A stretch of 64,000 nucleotides of DNA from Candidatus Latescibacterota bacterium (GCA_965222605.1 OZ244960.1:1952001-2016000); one strand, 5' to 3'. Shown: positions 17,553 to 29,236, counted from the first letter of the stretch. Program-made: numbers and translations. The notes: generated by a model not told the origin, from the sequence alone.

Positions 17553-18102
17553 AGAACCTCTAACTGCACCGAGAAAGCAAGCTGAGACTCACAGCCTCGG
17601 TCAAGTGGTTTCCGGACTGGCTGGGGAGATTGCCAGACTTACACCGGGGCCTGCCGCAGCACTCCGGCGTGGACCCTTATCAGGAGCTGGCGCGGCGGCC
17701 TTCTGGCAACTTATGGCTATCCATCAACCAGGAACCAATGACGAGGCGGGCTGGGCAGCACTCATTCAGGGAATCGCGATTCTAACACCCAAAGGGACAG
17801 ACCCAGACCCCGAAAAAAAATCGGCGCACGAATACCGTTTCCCCATGGGTTCCGTCCTTTCCAAAGCCGAATTCTCAGAACTGCGGCTCGCTCGTCTCTT
17901 GAACGCCCCAAAAGAAATGCGGCGAGACCTCGTTATACGCATGTGTCGGCGGCTGTCTAGAACCGAGTACAATCGTTTCAATCTCGAAACGCTGGCGCGG
18001 TTTATTCTCTTTGCCGACGACGAAACAGATCGCCGAATTGCCCGCGATTACTACCGCACTGATGCGGAATCAAAACCCGCATCCACTGAATCTACAGATT
18101 AG
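17542..18102 (+). CDS. cse2: Type I-E small subunit Cas11 (Cse2/CasB)
   Basis: AAALRR, SELRLARLL, RRIARDYY; between cas8e and cas7. Confidence 0.9.
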   Translation: MSVKEPLTAPRKQAETHSLGQVVSGLAGEIARLTPGPAAALRRGPLSGAGAAAFWQLMAIHQPGTNDEAGWAALIQGIAILTPKGTDPDPEKKSAHEYRFPMGSVLSKAEFSELRLARLLNAPKEMRRDLVIRMCRRLSRTEYNRFNLETLARFILFADDETDRRIARDYYRTDAESKPASTESTD

Positions 18103-18111
18103 GAGATTTTC

Positions 18112-19245
18112 ATGCCCAACGTTCGTTTTCTTCAGATCCACAGCCTTCATGGCTACCCCGCCGCACTTCTCAACCGCGATGACTCGGGTCTTGCCAAACG
18201 CATGACCTATGGCGGCACGACCAGGACACGCATTTCCTCCCAATGTCTCAAGCGACACTGGCGCGTCTCGGACGATATCTACGCTTTAAGTGGCATAGAT
18301 GGCGCAACCGCCGCGACCCGTTCGCGCGAGATCGTGACTCGGCGAGTCATTGAACCGCTCATAGAAGCGGGCCATGATGAGGAGATCATCAAAGTAATTG
18401 GAGAGGCATTTCAACTCTCAGTTTACGGCGATAAAGGTGGTACCAGGCAGGGGCGTCAGCCGCTTCTACTCGGCGAACCGGAAATCGAGTATCTCGCCCG
18501 CGAAGCCCAAAAAATTGCGGATACCCATGGCAGCGACCCACAAGCAGCAGAAGAGACCGCTAAGGATTGGCGCAAGTCCGCCAATGCCAACATGAAAACC
18601 TTGCGCGAAAATTGTTCACTGCCAGGAGGCTTGGTTGCCGCCATGTTTGGACGTATGGTGACTTCAGATGTAGAAGCGAACATCGATGCCGCTGTTCATG
18701 TAGCCCATGCTTTTACCGTCCACGAGGAAGAGAGCGAAAGCGACTACTTCACTGTTGTCGATGATCTTCACCGTATCGAAGACGATGCTGGCGCGGATCA
18801 TATCGGCGAGTCCGAGTTGACCTCCGGTTTGTTCTATGGCTACGTCGTACTCGATCGCGAAATGCTGCTTTGCAATCTCGGTGGCGATACCGAAATGGCT
18901 GATGAGGTTACAAGACGCCTCGTACATCTGATCGCCATGGTGTCCCCAGGAGCGAAATTGGGATCTACCGCTCCTTACGACTATGCGAGTTGGCTACTCA
19001 TCGAAGCCGGTGAATATCAGCCGCGCAGCCTGGCCGAGGCGTTTCGCAAACCCTGCAAGGCACTGGTGGATGAAGCCGAAGCCGCAGTGAACACTCATAT
19101 CCAGAAAATAGACGCCGCTTATGGTACAAACGAGGCACGCCGTTCAATGAGCTTGACGGGCACACCGATTTCAGGAACGGAACTTTTGCCCCTCTCCGAT
19201 CTCGCGGCATGGGCAGGCTCCGCTATTCAGGAAGGAGTTGCGTGA
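18112..19245 (+). CDS. cas7: Type I-E Cas7 (Cse4/CasC)
   Basis: LNRDDSG, RTRISSQCLKRHWR, AMFGRM, VAHAFTVH, DYFTVVDDL. Confidence 0.95.
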   Translation: MPNVRFLQIHSLHGYPAALLNRDDSGLAKRMTYGGTTRTRISSQCLKRHWRVSDDIYALSGIDGATAATRSREIVTRRVIEPLIEAGHDEEIIKVIGEAFQLSVYGDKGGTRQGRQPLLLGEPEIEYLAREAQKIADTHGSDPQAAEETAKDWRKSANANMKTLRENCSLPGGLVAAMFGRMVTSDVEANIDAAVHVAHAFTVHEEESESDYFTVVDDLHRIEDDAGADHIGESELTSGLFYGYVVLDREMLLCNLGGDTEMADEVTRRLVHLIAMVSPGAKLGSTAPYDYASWLLIEAGEYQPRSLAEAFRKPCKALVDEAEAAVNTHIQKIDAAYGTNEARRSMSLTGTPISGTELLPLSDLAAWAGSAIQEGVA

Positions 19246-19955
19246 TGCGCTGGTTGCAAATCCGGTTCCATGCACCACTCGCATCCTTTGGTGGCGAAAC
19301 TATTGACGTTCATGGTGTGATCCGTGATTTTCCCGCCCAATCCATGTTGACGGGGCTGTTCGCCAACGCTCTTGGCTGGACCCGCGCTATGCGGGTAGAA
19401 CACCAGACACTCCAGGACAGGATCATCTATGGCATGCTGCATGAGGAGGAACCAATGCTCGGTCGTATAACGGACTATCAGACCGCGCAACTTTCCAAGA
19501 ACGACAAATCATGGACCACACGAGGAGTGCCCGCAGACCGGGCTGGTGGTGCCGGCAGTTATAGAGGAGCGCACCAGCGTTGGCGTGACTACCATGCGGA
19601 CTTGCGTATGCTGGGCGTCGTTCGGCTCAATTCTGGCGACGTAGCACCGACCCTTGATGATCTGGCAAACGCGCTGGAGCATCCCGCACGTCCGTTATTT
19701 CTTGGACGCAAGCCTTGTCTGCCCTCTGCCCCGATCTTCAGCGGATGGATGGAGGCACCGGATATGCACACAGCACTTCGCAACATAGCACCTGAGAGTG
19801 GGAGACTTTTTCGAGCCTTGTGGCCTGCGTCAGAAGGGCCGGAAGGTTCGGATAGAACGACATTCGTAACCGACGAGCGCAACTGGATAACGGGACTGCA
19901 TGGAGGTGCGCGTCGCATTTGCGAAGGCAGGATTTCCGGTAGGGAGGCTGAGTAA
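19245..19955 (+). CDS. cas5: Type I-E Cas5 (CasD)
   Basis: APLASFG, FPAQSMLTGLFANALG, DYQT, RDYHAD, LFLGRKPC. Confidence 0.95.
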   Translation: MRWLQIRFHAPLASFGGETIDVHGVIRDFPAQSMLTGLFANALGWTRAMRVEHQTLQDRIIYGMLHEEEPMLGRITDYQTAQLSKNDKSWTTRGVPADRAGGAGSYRGAHQRWRDYHADLRMLGVVRLNSGDVAPTLDDLANALEHPARPLFLGRKPCLPSAPIFSGWMEAPDMHTALRNIAPESGRLFRALWPASEGPEGSDRTTFVTDERNWITGLHGGARRICEGRISGREAE

Positions 19956-20743
19956 TGACCACTTATATGATCCACGTCCCATTGGACATGCGTGCCTTTA
20001 ATCGGTGGGCGGGACAACGCGGACTCATCCGAAGAGGCGTGTTTGACGAGGGCTATGCACTACACATTTTGTTGACAGGTATGTTTGGCCCAGGCGTTTT
20101 GCGACCATTCCGTCTATTTGCTTCGGAGCGCCGCCGCAATGCTTCTCTCTACGCATACACCGATGCGGACCAAGCCGCACTGCAATCTATGGCAAATCTG
20201 GTTGCGACGCCCGATTGCCTGGATGCGCTTGATCCTAAAAAAATACGGTCAAAGGAAATGCATACTGAATTTACGGCTGGTCAGCGTTTAGGGTTTGACC
20301 TGCGGGTTCGTCCGGTACGGCGGCTCAGAACCGAAATACACGATCAAAAATCGGGTAAGACGATTGGGAAAGGCGCGGAGATTGACGCATTCCTCGTCCA
20401 TGTGTTTCGCCATTTTCCCGATGGTGGCGCAGATGAGGCTGTCAATGCACGATCGGCAGGACAGACGCGAGAGAAAATCTATACAGAATGGCTCGCCGAG
20501 CGTTTTGATGGCGTCGCAGAAATCGAGCAGGAGGCGTGCCGCGTTGCCGCATTCAAGCGCAGTCGCTCTCTACGCGGTGACGGATTTTCTCCCGAGGGAC
20601 CGGATGTGACCTTTCACGGCGTTTTGACAGTTGCAAATCCGGATGAATTTGCTGTCCGCATAAGAAATGGGATCGGGCGGCATAAGGCTTATGGTTATGG
20701 CATGCTGCTTCTGCGCCCACCCGGGAAAACGGTAGCATATTAG
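19955..20743 (+). CDS. cas6: Type I-E Cas6e (Cse3/CasE) endoribonuclease
   Basis: C-terminal GIGRHKAYGYGML glycine loop; GYALH. Confidence 0.95.
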   Translation: MTTYMIHVPLDMRAFNRWAGQRGLIRRGVFDEGYALHILLTGMFGPGVLRPFRLFASERRRNASLYAYTDADQAALQSMANLVATPDCLDALDPKKIRSKEMHTEFTAGQRLGFDLRVRPVRRLRTEIHDQKSGKTIGKGAEIDAFLVHVFRHFPDGGADEAVNARSAGQTREKIYTEWLAERFDGVAEIEQEACRVAAFKRSRSLRGDGFSPEGPDVTFHGVLTVANPDEFAVRIRNGIGRHKAYGYGMLLLRPPGKTVAY

Positions 20744-20777
20744 TAAAAAAAAAACAGATAATATTGTGGGGTTTACT

Positions 20778-21671
20778 ATGCTGATGAGACGCCTTGGTTT
20801 GGAAACCGCCCGAATACCTCATGCAGATCGGGCTGGCTTGCTCTGGTTGTCTCGCGGTGCCTTAACCGCCCGCGATGGCACCCTAACATTCGAACGCAAT
20901 ACAGAACGGGCTGACAACGATCCACTCGATCCGGGGTATTATGCGATACCATTGCAGGGCGTCTCCATGATCCTGCTTGGTCCCGGATCCACAGTCAGCC
21001 ATGACGCGCTACGCCTCCTCGCTCGACAAGGTACGGCTCTGGCTGCGGTGGGCGAGGATGGCGTGCGTCACTACACCGCGCCGCCACTGATTGCTAACCG
21101 ATCCGGCCTTGCACGGCGTCAGGTGCGGGCGTGGGCCGATCCCGATACGCGACTCAATATCGCCCGACTCATGTATGCCTGGCGCTTTGGCACTGTTCTG
21201 CCGCATAGCGATATTAAGGTACTGCGCGGTATTGAAGGGGCGAGGATGAAGAAAAGCTATAAACTGATCGCTACGCAGGTTGGGATCAAGTGGCACGGCA
21301 GACGCTACGACCGGTCACAGCCTACCGCGGGAGACCTGCCCAATCAGGCATTGAATCATGTGGTGAGTGCTGTGGAGGCTGCCGCTGCCATTGCAGTATC
21401 AGCCACATCAACTATCCCACAACTTGGTTTTATCCACGAGGATCCCGGTCAATCATTTGTACTGGACATTGCCGATCTCTATCGAACCACGGTCACCATC
21501 CCCGCTGCTTTCCGCGCTGCAAAGCAGGCAGAGTCCCCGCCCTATGGGAACATAGAACGTCTTGCCAGACGGGAGGCTGGTCGCGTCCTTGCCAGCGAAA
21601 AGATCATACCACACATGATTGAGCGCATCAAGAAGATGTTTGAAAACTCAGACGATCAGGAGGATCCATAG
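20778..21671 (+). CDS. cas1: Type I-E Cas1 integrase
   Basis: LLGPGSTVSH, LRGIEGARMK, NQALN, LGFIH, FVLDIADLY. Confidence 0.96.
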   Translation: MLMRRLGLETARIPHADRAGLLWLSRGALTARDGTLTFERNTERADNDPLDPGYYAIPLQGVSMILLGPGSTVSHDALRLLARQGTALAAVGEDGVRHYTAPPLIANRSGLARRQVRAWADPDTRLNIARLMYAWRFGTVLPHSDIKVLRGIEGARMKKSYKLIATQVGIKWHGRRYDRSQPTAGDLPNQALNHVVSAVEAAAAIAVSATSTIPQLGFIHEDPGQSFVLDIADLYRTTVTIPAAFRAAKQAESPPYGNIERLARREAGRVLASEKIIPHMIERIKKMFENSDDQEDP

Positions 21672-21964
21672 TGCCCATGACTGTTGTGGTCACGCGCGAT
21701 GTCGAATCGCGTTACCGTGGCTTTCTGGCCTCAGCGATGTTGGAGGTCGCGCCCGGTGTGTACGTTTCTCCCGACCTTTCCCATGGCGTGCGCGAGCGCA
21801 TTTGGGCCGTAATCAGCACCTGGTACGATGTTTTGAACCGCGGTGCCATAGTCCTGATGTGGCGTGATAGCACCGCATCCGGCGGCCTCGCCCTCCGTCA
21901 TCTCGGCGATCCGCCCAAGGAGATTCGCGATGCGGATGGCGTTTTATTGGTGAAAAGACTGTAA
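21671..21964 (+). CDS. cas2: Type I-E Cas2
   Basis: MTVVVTRDV, RGFLASAMLEVAPGVYV, DADGVLLV. Confidence 0.95.
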   Translation: MPMTVVVTRDVESRYRGFLASAMLEVAPGVYVSPDLSHGVRERIWAVISTWYDVLNRGAIVLMWRDSTASGGLALRHLGDPPKEIRDADGVLLVKRL

Positions 21965-22022
21965 AGATAGTCAGAAGATTCCCCGTCTATTTACGGGGTA
22001 AGAAGAAGTATACGTTTGTACA
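21965..22022 (+). promoter_or_regulatory. Short CRISPR leader
   Basis: 58 bp between the cas2 stop and the first repeat; the degenerate repeat is at the far end. Confidence 0.6.
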
Positions 22023-25000
22023 GGTTTCCCCGTGTGTACGGGGATAGACCCAGGTCGCCATTCACGAACAGCTGGATTTCCGAGGTTTCCCCGTGTGTAC
22101 GGGGATAGACCCTCGTGATGTCGTGCGAGGTGTTCGCGGTGGTGGGTTTCCCCGTGTGTACGGGGATAGACCCAAGCCCTATTTTGGGACAAAAAAGCCG
22201 GCTTAGGTTTCCCCGTGTGTACGGGGATAGACCATACCGCGACTGGGCAATGCGCGAGGTTATGGAGGTTTCCCCGTGTGTACGGGGATAGACCTTGTGG
22301 AGCTTTGACCTGGACGGCCTCAGTGTGGGTTTCCCCGTGTGTACGGGGATAGACCATACCGCGACTGGGCAATGCGCGAGGTTATGGAGGTTTCCCCGTG
22401 TGTACGGGGATAGACCCCGCCTGAACGCCGCCGCTTTTGTGACGCCGTCGGTTTCCCCGTGTGTACGGGGATAGACCTCCGTGTGTTCCAGTAGCGCGGG
22501 CGATCATATCGGTTTCCCCGTGTGTACGGGGATAGACCGTGGGCAGACATTAGCATGATCAGCTCGCGGCTGGTTTCCCCGTGTGTACGGGGATAGACCC
22601 GTTGTAGCTCCTACTGGGTTTCCGCCACCGTAGGTTTCCCCGTGTGTACGGGGATAGACCCGTGTGCGTCGAGCGGAAACAGGCGATGTCCGCGGTTTCC
22701 CCGTGTGTACGGGGATAGACCGCGGAATATAGCGGTTTCGCTTTTTGGATATGCGGTTTCCCCGTGTGTACGGGGATAGACCCCAAGTCATAAACGTTGC
22801 AAACATCTCCACAGGGGTTTCCCCGTGTGTACGGGGATAGACCCCTCGCGCATTGCGCGTTTAATTCAGGGGGCTTGGTTTCCCCGTGTGTACGGGGATA
22901 GACCCTTTTCATACGCCGCCGCAAAGTCGATGACGTTGGTTTCCCCGTGTGTACGGGGATAGACCCTCATCGAGGACCGATTCAAAGGCGATCAGCGGGG
23001 TTTCCCCGTGTGTACGGGGATAGACCACACACTATTGACGCGCTGGCCTTGCTGTGCCAGGTTTCCCCGTGTGTACGGGGATAGACCCTCGGCGGGAGCA
23101 GGCAGGGGCAACGCCAGGTGGGTTTCCCCGTGTGTACGGGGATAGACCTTGTAAAGCGGAAGCGGTAGAAGAATACCTTGAGGTTTCCCCGTGTGTACGG
23201 GGATAGACCTTTGGAAGTTGTAATAAGGCAAAAATGGGATATGGTTTCCCCGTGTGTACGGGGATAGACCCCTTCATATTCCGCAAAGGCGGCGTTATCG
23301 GTGGGTTTCCCCGTGTGTACGGGGATAGACCTTCTTTAGATTGTCGCTCGCCCGCGGATAAGAGGGTTTCCCCGTGTGTACGGGGATAGACCTTTGACAG
23401 AGCTTTCTTGGCTCGATCTTTATGAGGTTTCCCCGTGTGTACGGGGATAGACCCCGGCCCGCCAAAAGCATCTCGGCCTCCGCCTCGGTTTCCCCGTGTG
23501 TACGGGGATAGACCGGTTAAAGAGAGCTATAGATGCACATTCTTGGTGGTTTCCCCGTGTGTACGGGGATAGACCCAAGGGGATGTGGGTCATAAAAAAT
23601 CAGGGAAAGGTTTCCCCGTGTGTACGGGGATAGACCCTTGCTTTTCCGTTTTGGCGGCGGCGTTAGATAGGTTTCCCCGTGTGTACGGGGATAGACCATA
23701 GCCGGGCTTTCACCTTCAAAGCGGCTATCGGGTTTCCCCGTGTGTACGGGGATAGACCCTGACCAAGCAGGCGAAGGTCAAGTCATCCATAGGTTTCCCC
23801 GTGTGTACGGGGATAGACCCATCTTGTTTATCTATCACCGCCCCCAAAATGGGGTTTCCCCGTGTGTACGGGGATAGACCATAGCCGGGCTTTCACCTTC
23901 AAAGCGGCTATCGGGTTTCCCCGTGTGTACGGGGATAGACCCTGACCAAGCAGGCGAAGGTCAAGTCATCCATAGGTTTCCCCGTGTGTACGGGGATAGA
24001 CCCATCTTGTTTATCTATCACCGCCCCCAAAATGGGGTTTCCCCGTGTGTACGGGGATAGACCCCGTTAATGCAGGTTGCGAGTATTTTCCGGACGGGTT
24101 TCCCCGTGTGTACGGGGATAGACCTCGACTTTTTAGATCGGGGGAGGGCGTGTTTTAGGTTTCCCCGTGTGTACGGGGATAGACCCTTCAAATACAGTTT
24201 GAGCAGATCAGCGACCTGGGTTTCCCCGTGTGTACGGGGATAGACCTTGATCCAACTTGCTCTTTTCCTTTGCAAGTGGGGTTTCCCCGTGTGTACGGGG
24301 ATAGACCTTGAGCGTTGATGTCTATAAATGCCAGGTCGCCGGTTTCCCCGTGTGTACGGGGATAGACCGTAGGCCAATCAAGGTCACGGTAGCCATTTAA
24401 AGGTTTCCCCGTGTGTACGGGGATAGACCTTCGATTTCTTGCTTGGTGATTCCGCCGACCATGGTTTCCCCGTGTGTACGGGGATAGACCCGGCCTGTCT
24501 TAGGCCACCAAGCCGAGGTAAACGGTTTCCCCGTGTGTACGGGGATAGACCCTACAAATATTACAATGGGGGGAATGATGTGTCGGTTTCCCCGTGTGTA
24601 CGGGGATAGACCCCATATGTATAGCGAGCTCGGGATGTATAGGGAGGTTTCCCCGTGTGTACGGGGATAGACCCGACTGGGTGCTGGTAACGGACCCGAT
24701 GAAGCAGGTTTCCCCGTGTGTACGGGGATAGACCCACGCGATACTGGCTGTGAGCAAAAAGTGCCACGGTTTCCCCGTGTGTACGGGGATAGACCTTCGA
24801 GGATTTTATGGATATAGCAGCATGGGCAGGTTTCCCCGTGTGTACGGGGATAGACCTGACGCTCTTAACATCGTCGGGGAGCAGAGAGTGGTTTCCCCGT
24901 GTGTACGGGGATAGACCGTTTCCCGCCGACAAAGGGACCCAATCTTAGCTGGTTTCCCCGTGTGTACGGGGATAGACCTGGGCTGCCGAACTTGGTTGCT

Positions 25001-26076
25001 CGTCTGGTACGGGTTTCCCCGTGTGTACGGGGATAGACCCGACCAGCTACGCACCACTGTTGACTTGACCATGGTTTCCCCGTGTGTACGGGGATAGACC
25101 CTCTCGTTGGGCTGTAGCAATATCCCTCCTTTTGGTTTCCCCGTGTGTACGGGGATAGACCCTATCAGCAGTACAGCACCCATCATGGCGCACCGGTTTC
25201 CCCGTGTGTACGGGGATAGACCCCGTTCTGGCATGTACGGAGAGTATTTCTGTTTGGTTTCCCCGTGTGTACGGGGATAGACCATAGTCTTCGTTATAGA
25301 CGCCCTTGGAAAAGAAGGTTTCCCCGTGTGTACGGGGATAGACCTTTCTCTTTCCATATCCAGAACCGATATTGTAAGGTTTCCCCGTGTGTACGGGGAT
25401 AGACCTTTGTGAGCATCATAGGAAGCCATAGCAAGATTGGTTTCCCCGTGTGTACGGGGATAGACCTTTCTGACTCCTCATTAGCACGTATATTAAGCGG
25501 GTTTCCCCGTGTGTACGGGGATAGACCTCCGGATATGACGGACGGCGACGCCTACGTCATGGTTTCCCCGTGTGTACGGGGATAGACCTCCGGATATGAC
25601 GGACGGCGACGCCTACGTCATGGTTTCCCCGTGTGTACGGGGATAGACCTTTTACCGGCTTTGATGAGTCTTGCGAGATAGGGGTTTCCCCGTGTGTACG
25701 GGGATAGACCCCCTTTAAACATGGCGCTGCTGGCATCGATGATGGTTTCCCCGTGTGTACGGGGATAGACCCGGGCTTTGGACCGTTTCAGCGGTTTAAA
25801 TTGCGGTTTCCCCGTGTGTACGGGGATAGACCTCCACCCCTGGATCCGCTGCAAATTCGCGGAAGGGTTTCCCCGTGTGTACGGGGATAGACCCGATATA
25901 CGCTTGACTTTGGACAAGCGCACGTGGGTTTCCCCGTGTGTACGGGGATAGACCCAGAAGGGAAAATCTAAACCCCATCGCGTAAGGGGTTTCCCCGTGT
26001 GTACGGGGATAGACCCCTAGGTGTGTTTATGCTCAATAGTTTGATCATGGTTTCCCTGTGCATGCGGGGATAGACA
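22023..26076 (+). CRISPR. Type I-E CRISPR array: 67 repeats (GGTTTCCCCGTGTGTACGGGGATAGACC, 28 nt) and 66 spacers of 33 nt
   Basis: Strict 61-bp period from 22023 to 26049; terminal repeat degenerate (GGTTTCCCTGTGCATGCGGGGATAGACA). Confidence 0.99.
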
Positions 26077-26235
26077 AAAAAAGTCACGTTGCCATTTGTA
26101 TTTGCAAGGTTCTCAAGCCATACGTCACCGCACGCAGATAAAGAAGGTCGTTTATGGTAGGTCACAAGTATTCTAAAAATAAACCCCGCTACAAGATTAT
26201 CTCGCAGCGGGGTTTTCGTAAAATATGAAAACTTA

Positions 26236-26655
26236 TCACTCGTTCGTCTCTCGGCGCATTTCAAAGATACGAACGACAATGTACATACCGAGCGAAACAA
26301 TGAAGAAAACGAGCAACATCCACGCGATAGATTGCAGGGATTCGATAATCGTGCGATAGATCTCGAGCACCCAGCGTTCGGTAGTCAGTTCAAAAGGAGG
26401 AATATCGCGGGATTCACCTTTGGGACTGAAATGCTCTTGCGGCAAAATATAACGCTCCAGCGAGCGGACACGCACACCGCCAGAGATACCGACCACATAG
26501 ATCGCGAACTTCATATAGCGCACCCATGCACCTGCTATCGCATCGTCAATAAGCCGGTGAAGAATACTGTTAATCGCACTGCTAAACGCACGCACTGTGA
26601 TAAAAGACACGAGAGCGGCGACTACGAGGGTAATGATGAGAAGCGTGAAGAACAT
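26236..26655 (-). CDS. Hypothetical membrane protein
   Basis: 139 aa with three hydrophobic segments; GGAGG RBS. Confidence 0.8.
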   Translation of the reverse strand: MFFTLLIITLVVAALVSFITVRAFSSAINSILHRLIDDAIAGAWVRYMKFAIYVVGISGGVRVRSLERYILPQEHFSPKGESRDIPPFELTTERWVLEIYRTIIESLQSIAWMLLVFFIVSLGMYIVVRIFEMRRETNE

Positions 26656-26692
26656 GGGAGGACCTCCAAAGTAACGATGACAACCAAAACCA

Positions 26693-26724
26693 CTGGATCG
26701 CGGCTAACACCATGCCGCGATGAC
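26693..26724 (+). repeat. REP-like palindrome
   Basis: CTGGATCGCGGCTAACACCATGCCGCGATGAC; intergenic; repeated in the window. Confidence 0.75.
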
Positions 26725-26803
26725 GGCGCTTCGCCTATGAATTAGCCTGGGGATGGTGTACAACGGATCGTATCCCAGACCCGTTCAACGGTCAGTTGTA
26801 CAC

Positions 26804-29230
26804 CTATTCATGCCGCAGTATTTCCACGGGATTGGTATGCGCGACCCTGAACGCCTGTGTACCAACCGTCAAAAGAGCGATTAAGAGTGCGAGCAAGCCC
26901 GAAAACACAAAAGGCCATAAACTGAAAGATGCGCGATATGCAAAATTTTGCAAATAAGTATCTGTCAAATAATACGCAACGGGCCAGGCGATAAGATTGG
27001 CGACAAGCACCAGCTTCAAAAACGCTTTTGACAACAACAAAACCAAACTTGAAACAGACGCACCGAGCACCTTGCGAATGCCGATCTCGCGCTTGCGGCG
27101 TTCAGCCGTAAAAGCCGCCAGCCCAAACAAGCCCAAACAAGCCAGCAAAATCGCCAACCCGGCAAAAGCGGTAACAGTCTGCCCCAAATCTCTTTCCGCC
27201 CGATAAATTGCATCGAGTTCTTCGTCCAAAAATGTAAACACAAAAGGCTTATCGGCTGCCATAAATGTGTCCCAGGTCTCTTCGAGAAAAGGTCGAACCG
27301 CTAAAAAATCGCGCACGCGCACTGCCAGATAATCGTAAAACCACTGGCGATAAGCAAAAACTGCCGGCCCAATCGGTAGCCGCAGAGAAGCGTAGTGAAA
27401 ATCTGAAACCACACCAATCACAGTACCTCTGGTATCGTCTTCTGAACGCGCCCGTCCAAAACGCCGCCCCACGGCATCCTGCACCGTCCAGCCAAGCGCG
27501 CGCACAGCGGTCTCATTGAGAATATAGCCATGCGTGCGGTCGCGCGCAACCTCGGGCGAAAACGTGCGACCAGACAGAATAGACACACCGAGTGTCCCAA
27601 AAAAATCTTCATCGGCCTCCTGCACCGGCATCCGCCACTCTGTGTGCTCCTGACCTTCTGGCTTGACAATCCGCACAAAACCACCGCCATCGCGCCCGGG
27701 CAAAAAGCGAAACGCAGACGCCGAAACAATATTGGGATGTTCCAAAAACGCCTGTTTTACAGTATTGTACCGCACCACAAGCCAGGGATCATCATTGGTC
27801 TTGAGCCGGCGATCCAGCTTAAAGATAGGCAACAAAACGAGATGCTCTTTATCAAAACCGAGATCCTTGTGCTGAATATAATCCAGCTGCCGATAAATAA
27901 CATCCGTAACAATCATAAGCAAAATAGCAATGGCAAATTGCGCGACAACCAGAACCTGCCGCAGACGCGCACCCTGCAAATGCGCTATGCCCTTGAGCAC
28001 ATCAGCCGGTCGAAAAGCCGACAAATAAAACGCGGGATACATCCCCGCCATCAAACCCACGAACACGGCAAGCGCGAAAAGACCGGGCAAAAGCCCGAAC
28101 AGCATCGGCGCGGCCAAAACGTAATGCGCGGCCGTCCGCGCGCTGATTTCCAACAACACAACGCGCGCGATGGGCACAGCGATAATCAGCGCGAGAAACG
28201 CGAGCAAAACCGTCTCGCACAAAAACTGCTGAATCAACTGACTGCGCCGCGCGCCAACCACCTTCCGCATCCCCACCTCGCGTGCGCGATACATCGAACG
28301 CGCAGTGGCGAGATTGACAAAATTAATCGCCGCAATCGCCAGAACCAGCACCGCAATCGCCGCAAAAAGATAAAGAGCGTGGACATTACCACCCGAAGAC
28401 AAATTGTAATCCTGAACCCCATACAAATGCAACCGCACAAGAGGCTGCAAGCGATACGAAAGAATGCGCCGCACATCCGCACCCAGGTGCCGTTCAATAA
28501 TACCCGACATCTTCGCTTCGAATTCACTCGCGTTTATCCCATCGCGCAAACGCACAAAAGTCTCTATACCCGCCTGTTGCACCCGCCCCTGCCACAGCGT
28601 CCAATCAAAAATAGCCTCCTGTGTCCGCCCATCGGTAAAATGCAACAAATCAAACTGAAGGGACGAAGACCTCGGAGGCGTTTGCAAAACAGCGGCAACC
28701 GTATAATCGCCGCCGTAATACCGCTCGCGAATCGTAATAACTTTGCCTATGGGATCGGCATTGCCAAACAACTGCTCAGCCGCTGATTGCGTAATCGCTA
28801 CGCGATACGGCTGTTCAAGCGCGTCGGCATCGCCAATAGCAAAAGGAAAGTTAAACAGCTCAAAAAAACGGTCGTCAACCTGACCTTGCACCAGCGTAAG
28901 CTCTCGGTCCTCAAAACGCACCACAACCGGATAAATGCGATTTTTAGACGCCAATTCAACCTCGGGCATCTCCGCTTCAATCGCGCGAGCAAGCGCCCCT
29001 GAAGTCAGCCACCGCACCTGCGTTTGCTCATTACTCACCCGCTCCCGCAAAACGCGATAAATGCGACGCACATCCGGATGAAACCGGTCATAGCTCATCT
29101 CGTAATGAATAATCACAATCGCCATCACACAACACGACAGCCCCACAATAAGACTGAGCAAATTGATCAGCGTATCGCGTTTGTGCGACCACAAGTTGCG
29201 GCATGCAATGGTAAAATAGTTGGAGAACAT
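26804..29230 (-). CDS. ABC transporter permease (duplicated MacB-PCD/FtsX domains)
   Basis: RAREVGMRKVVGA and RKREIGIRKVLGAS motifs; NPVEILRHE C-terminus. Confidence 0.92.
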   Translation of the reverse strand: MFSNYFTIACRNLWSHKRDTLINLLSLIVGLSCCVMAIVIIHYEMSYDRFHPDVRRIYRVLRERVSNEQTQVRWLTSGALARAIEAEMPEVELASKNRIYPVVVRFEDRELTLVQGQVDDRFFELFNFPFAIGDADALEQPYRVAITQSAAEQLFGNADPIGKVITIRERYYGGDYTVAAVLQTPPRSSSLQFDLLHFTDGRTQEAIFDWTLWQGRVQQAGIETFVRLRDGINASEFEAKMSGIIERHLGADVRRILSYRLQPLVRLHLYGVQDYNLSSGGNVHALYLFAAIAVLVLAIAAINFVNLATARSMYRAREVGMRKVVGARRSQLIQQFLCETVLLAFLALIIAVPIARVVLLEISARTAAHYVLAAPMLFGLLPGLFALAVFVGLMAGMYPAFYLSAFRPADVLKGIAHLQGARLRQVLVVAQFAIAILLMIVTDVIYRQLDYIQHKDLGFDKEHLVLLPIFKLDRRLKTNDDPWLVVRYNTVKQAFLEHPNIVSASAFRFLPGRDGGGFVRIVKPEGQEHTEWRMPVQEADEDFFGTLGVSILSGRTFSPEVARDRTHGYILNETAVRALGWTVQDAVGRRFGRARSEDDTRGTVIGVVSDFHYASLRLPIGPAVFAYRQWFYDYLAVRVRDFLAVRPFLEETWDTFMAADKPFVFTFLDEELDAIYRAERDLGQTVTAFAGLAILLACLGLFGLAAFTAERRKREIGIRKVLGASVSSLVLLLSKAFLKLVLVANLIAWPVAYYLTDTYLQNFAYRASFSLWPFVFSGLLALLIALLTVGTQAFRVAHTNPVEILRHE

Positions 29231-29236
29231 GAAAAC

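Noticed and set aside
22051-26048. Self-targeting spacers against the window (tnpB, IS256, R-M)
   Set aside because: None spotted by eye; the search was not exhaustive and needs BLASTn-short
21971-26300. Many minus-strand ORFs with repeating VYPRTHGET / GLSPYTRGN / SIPVHTGKP
   Set aside because: They are translations of the CRISPR repeats, not genes
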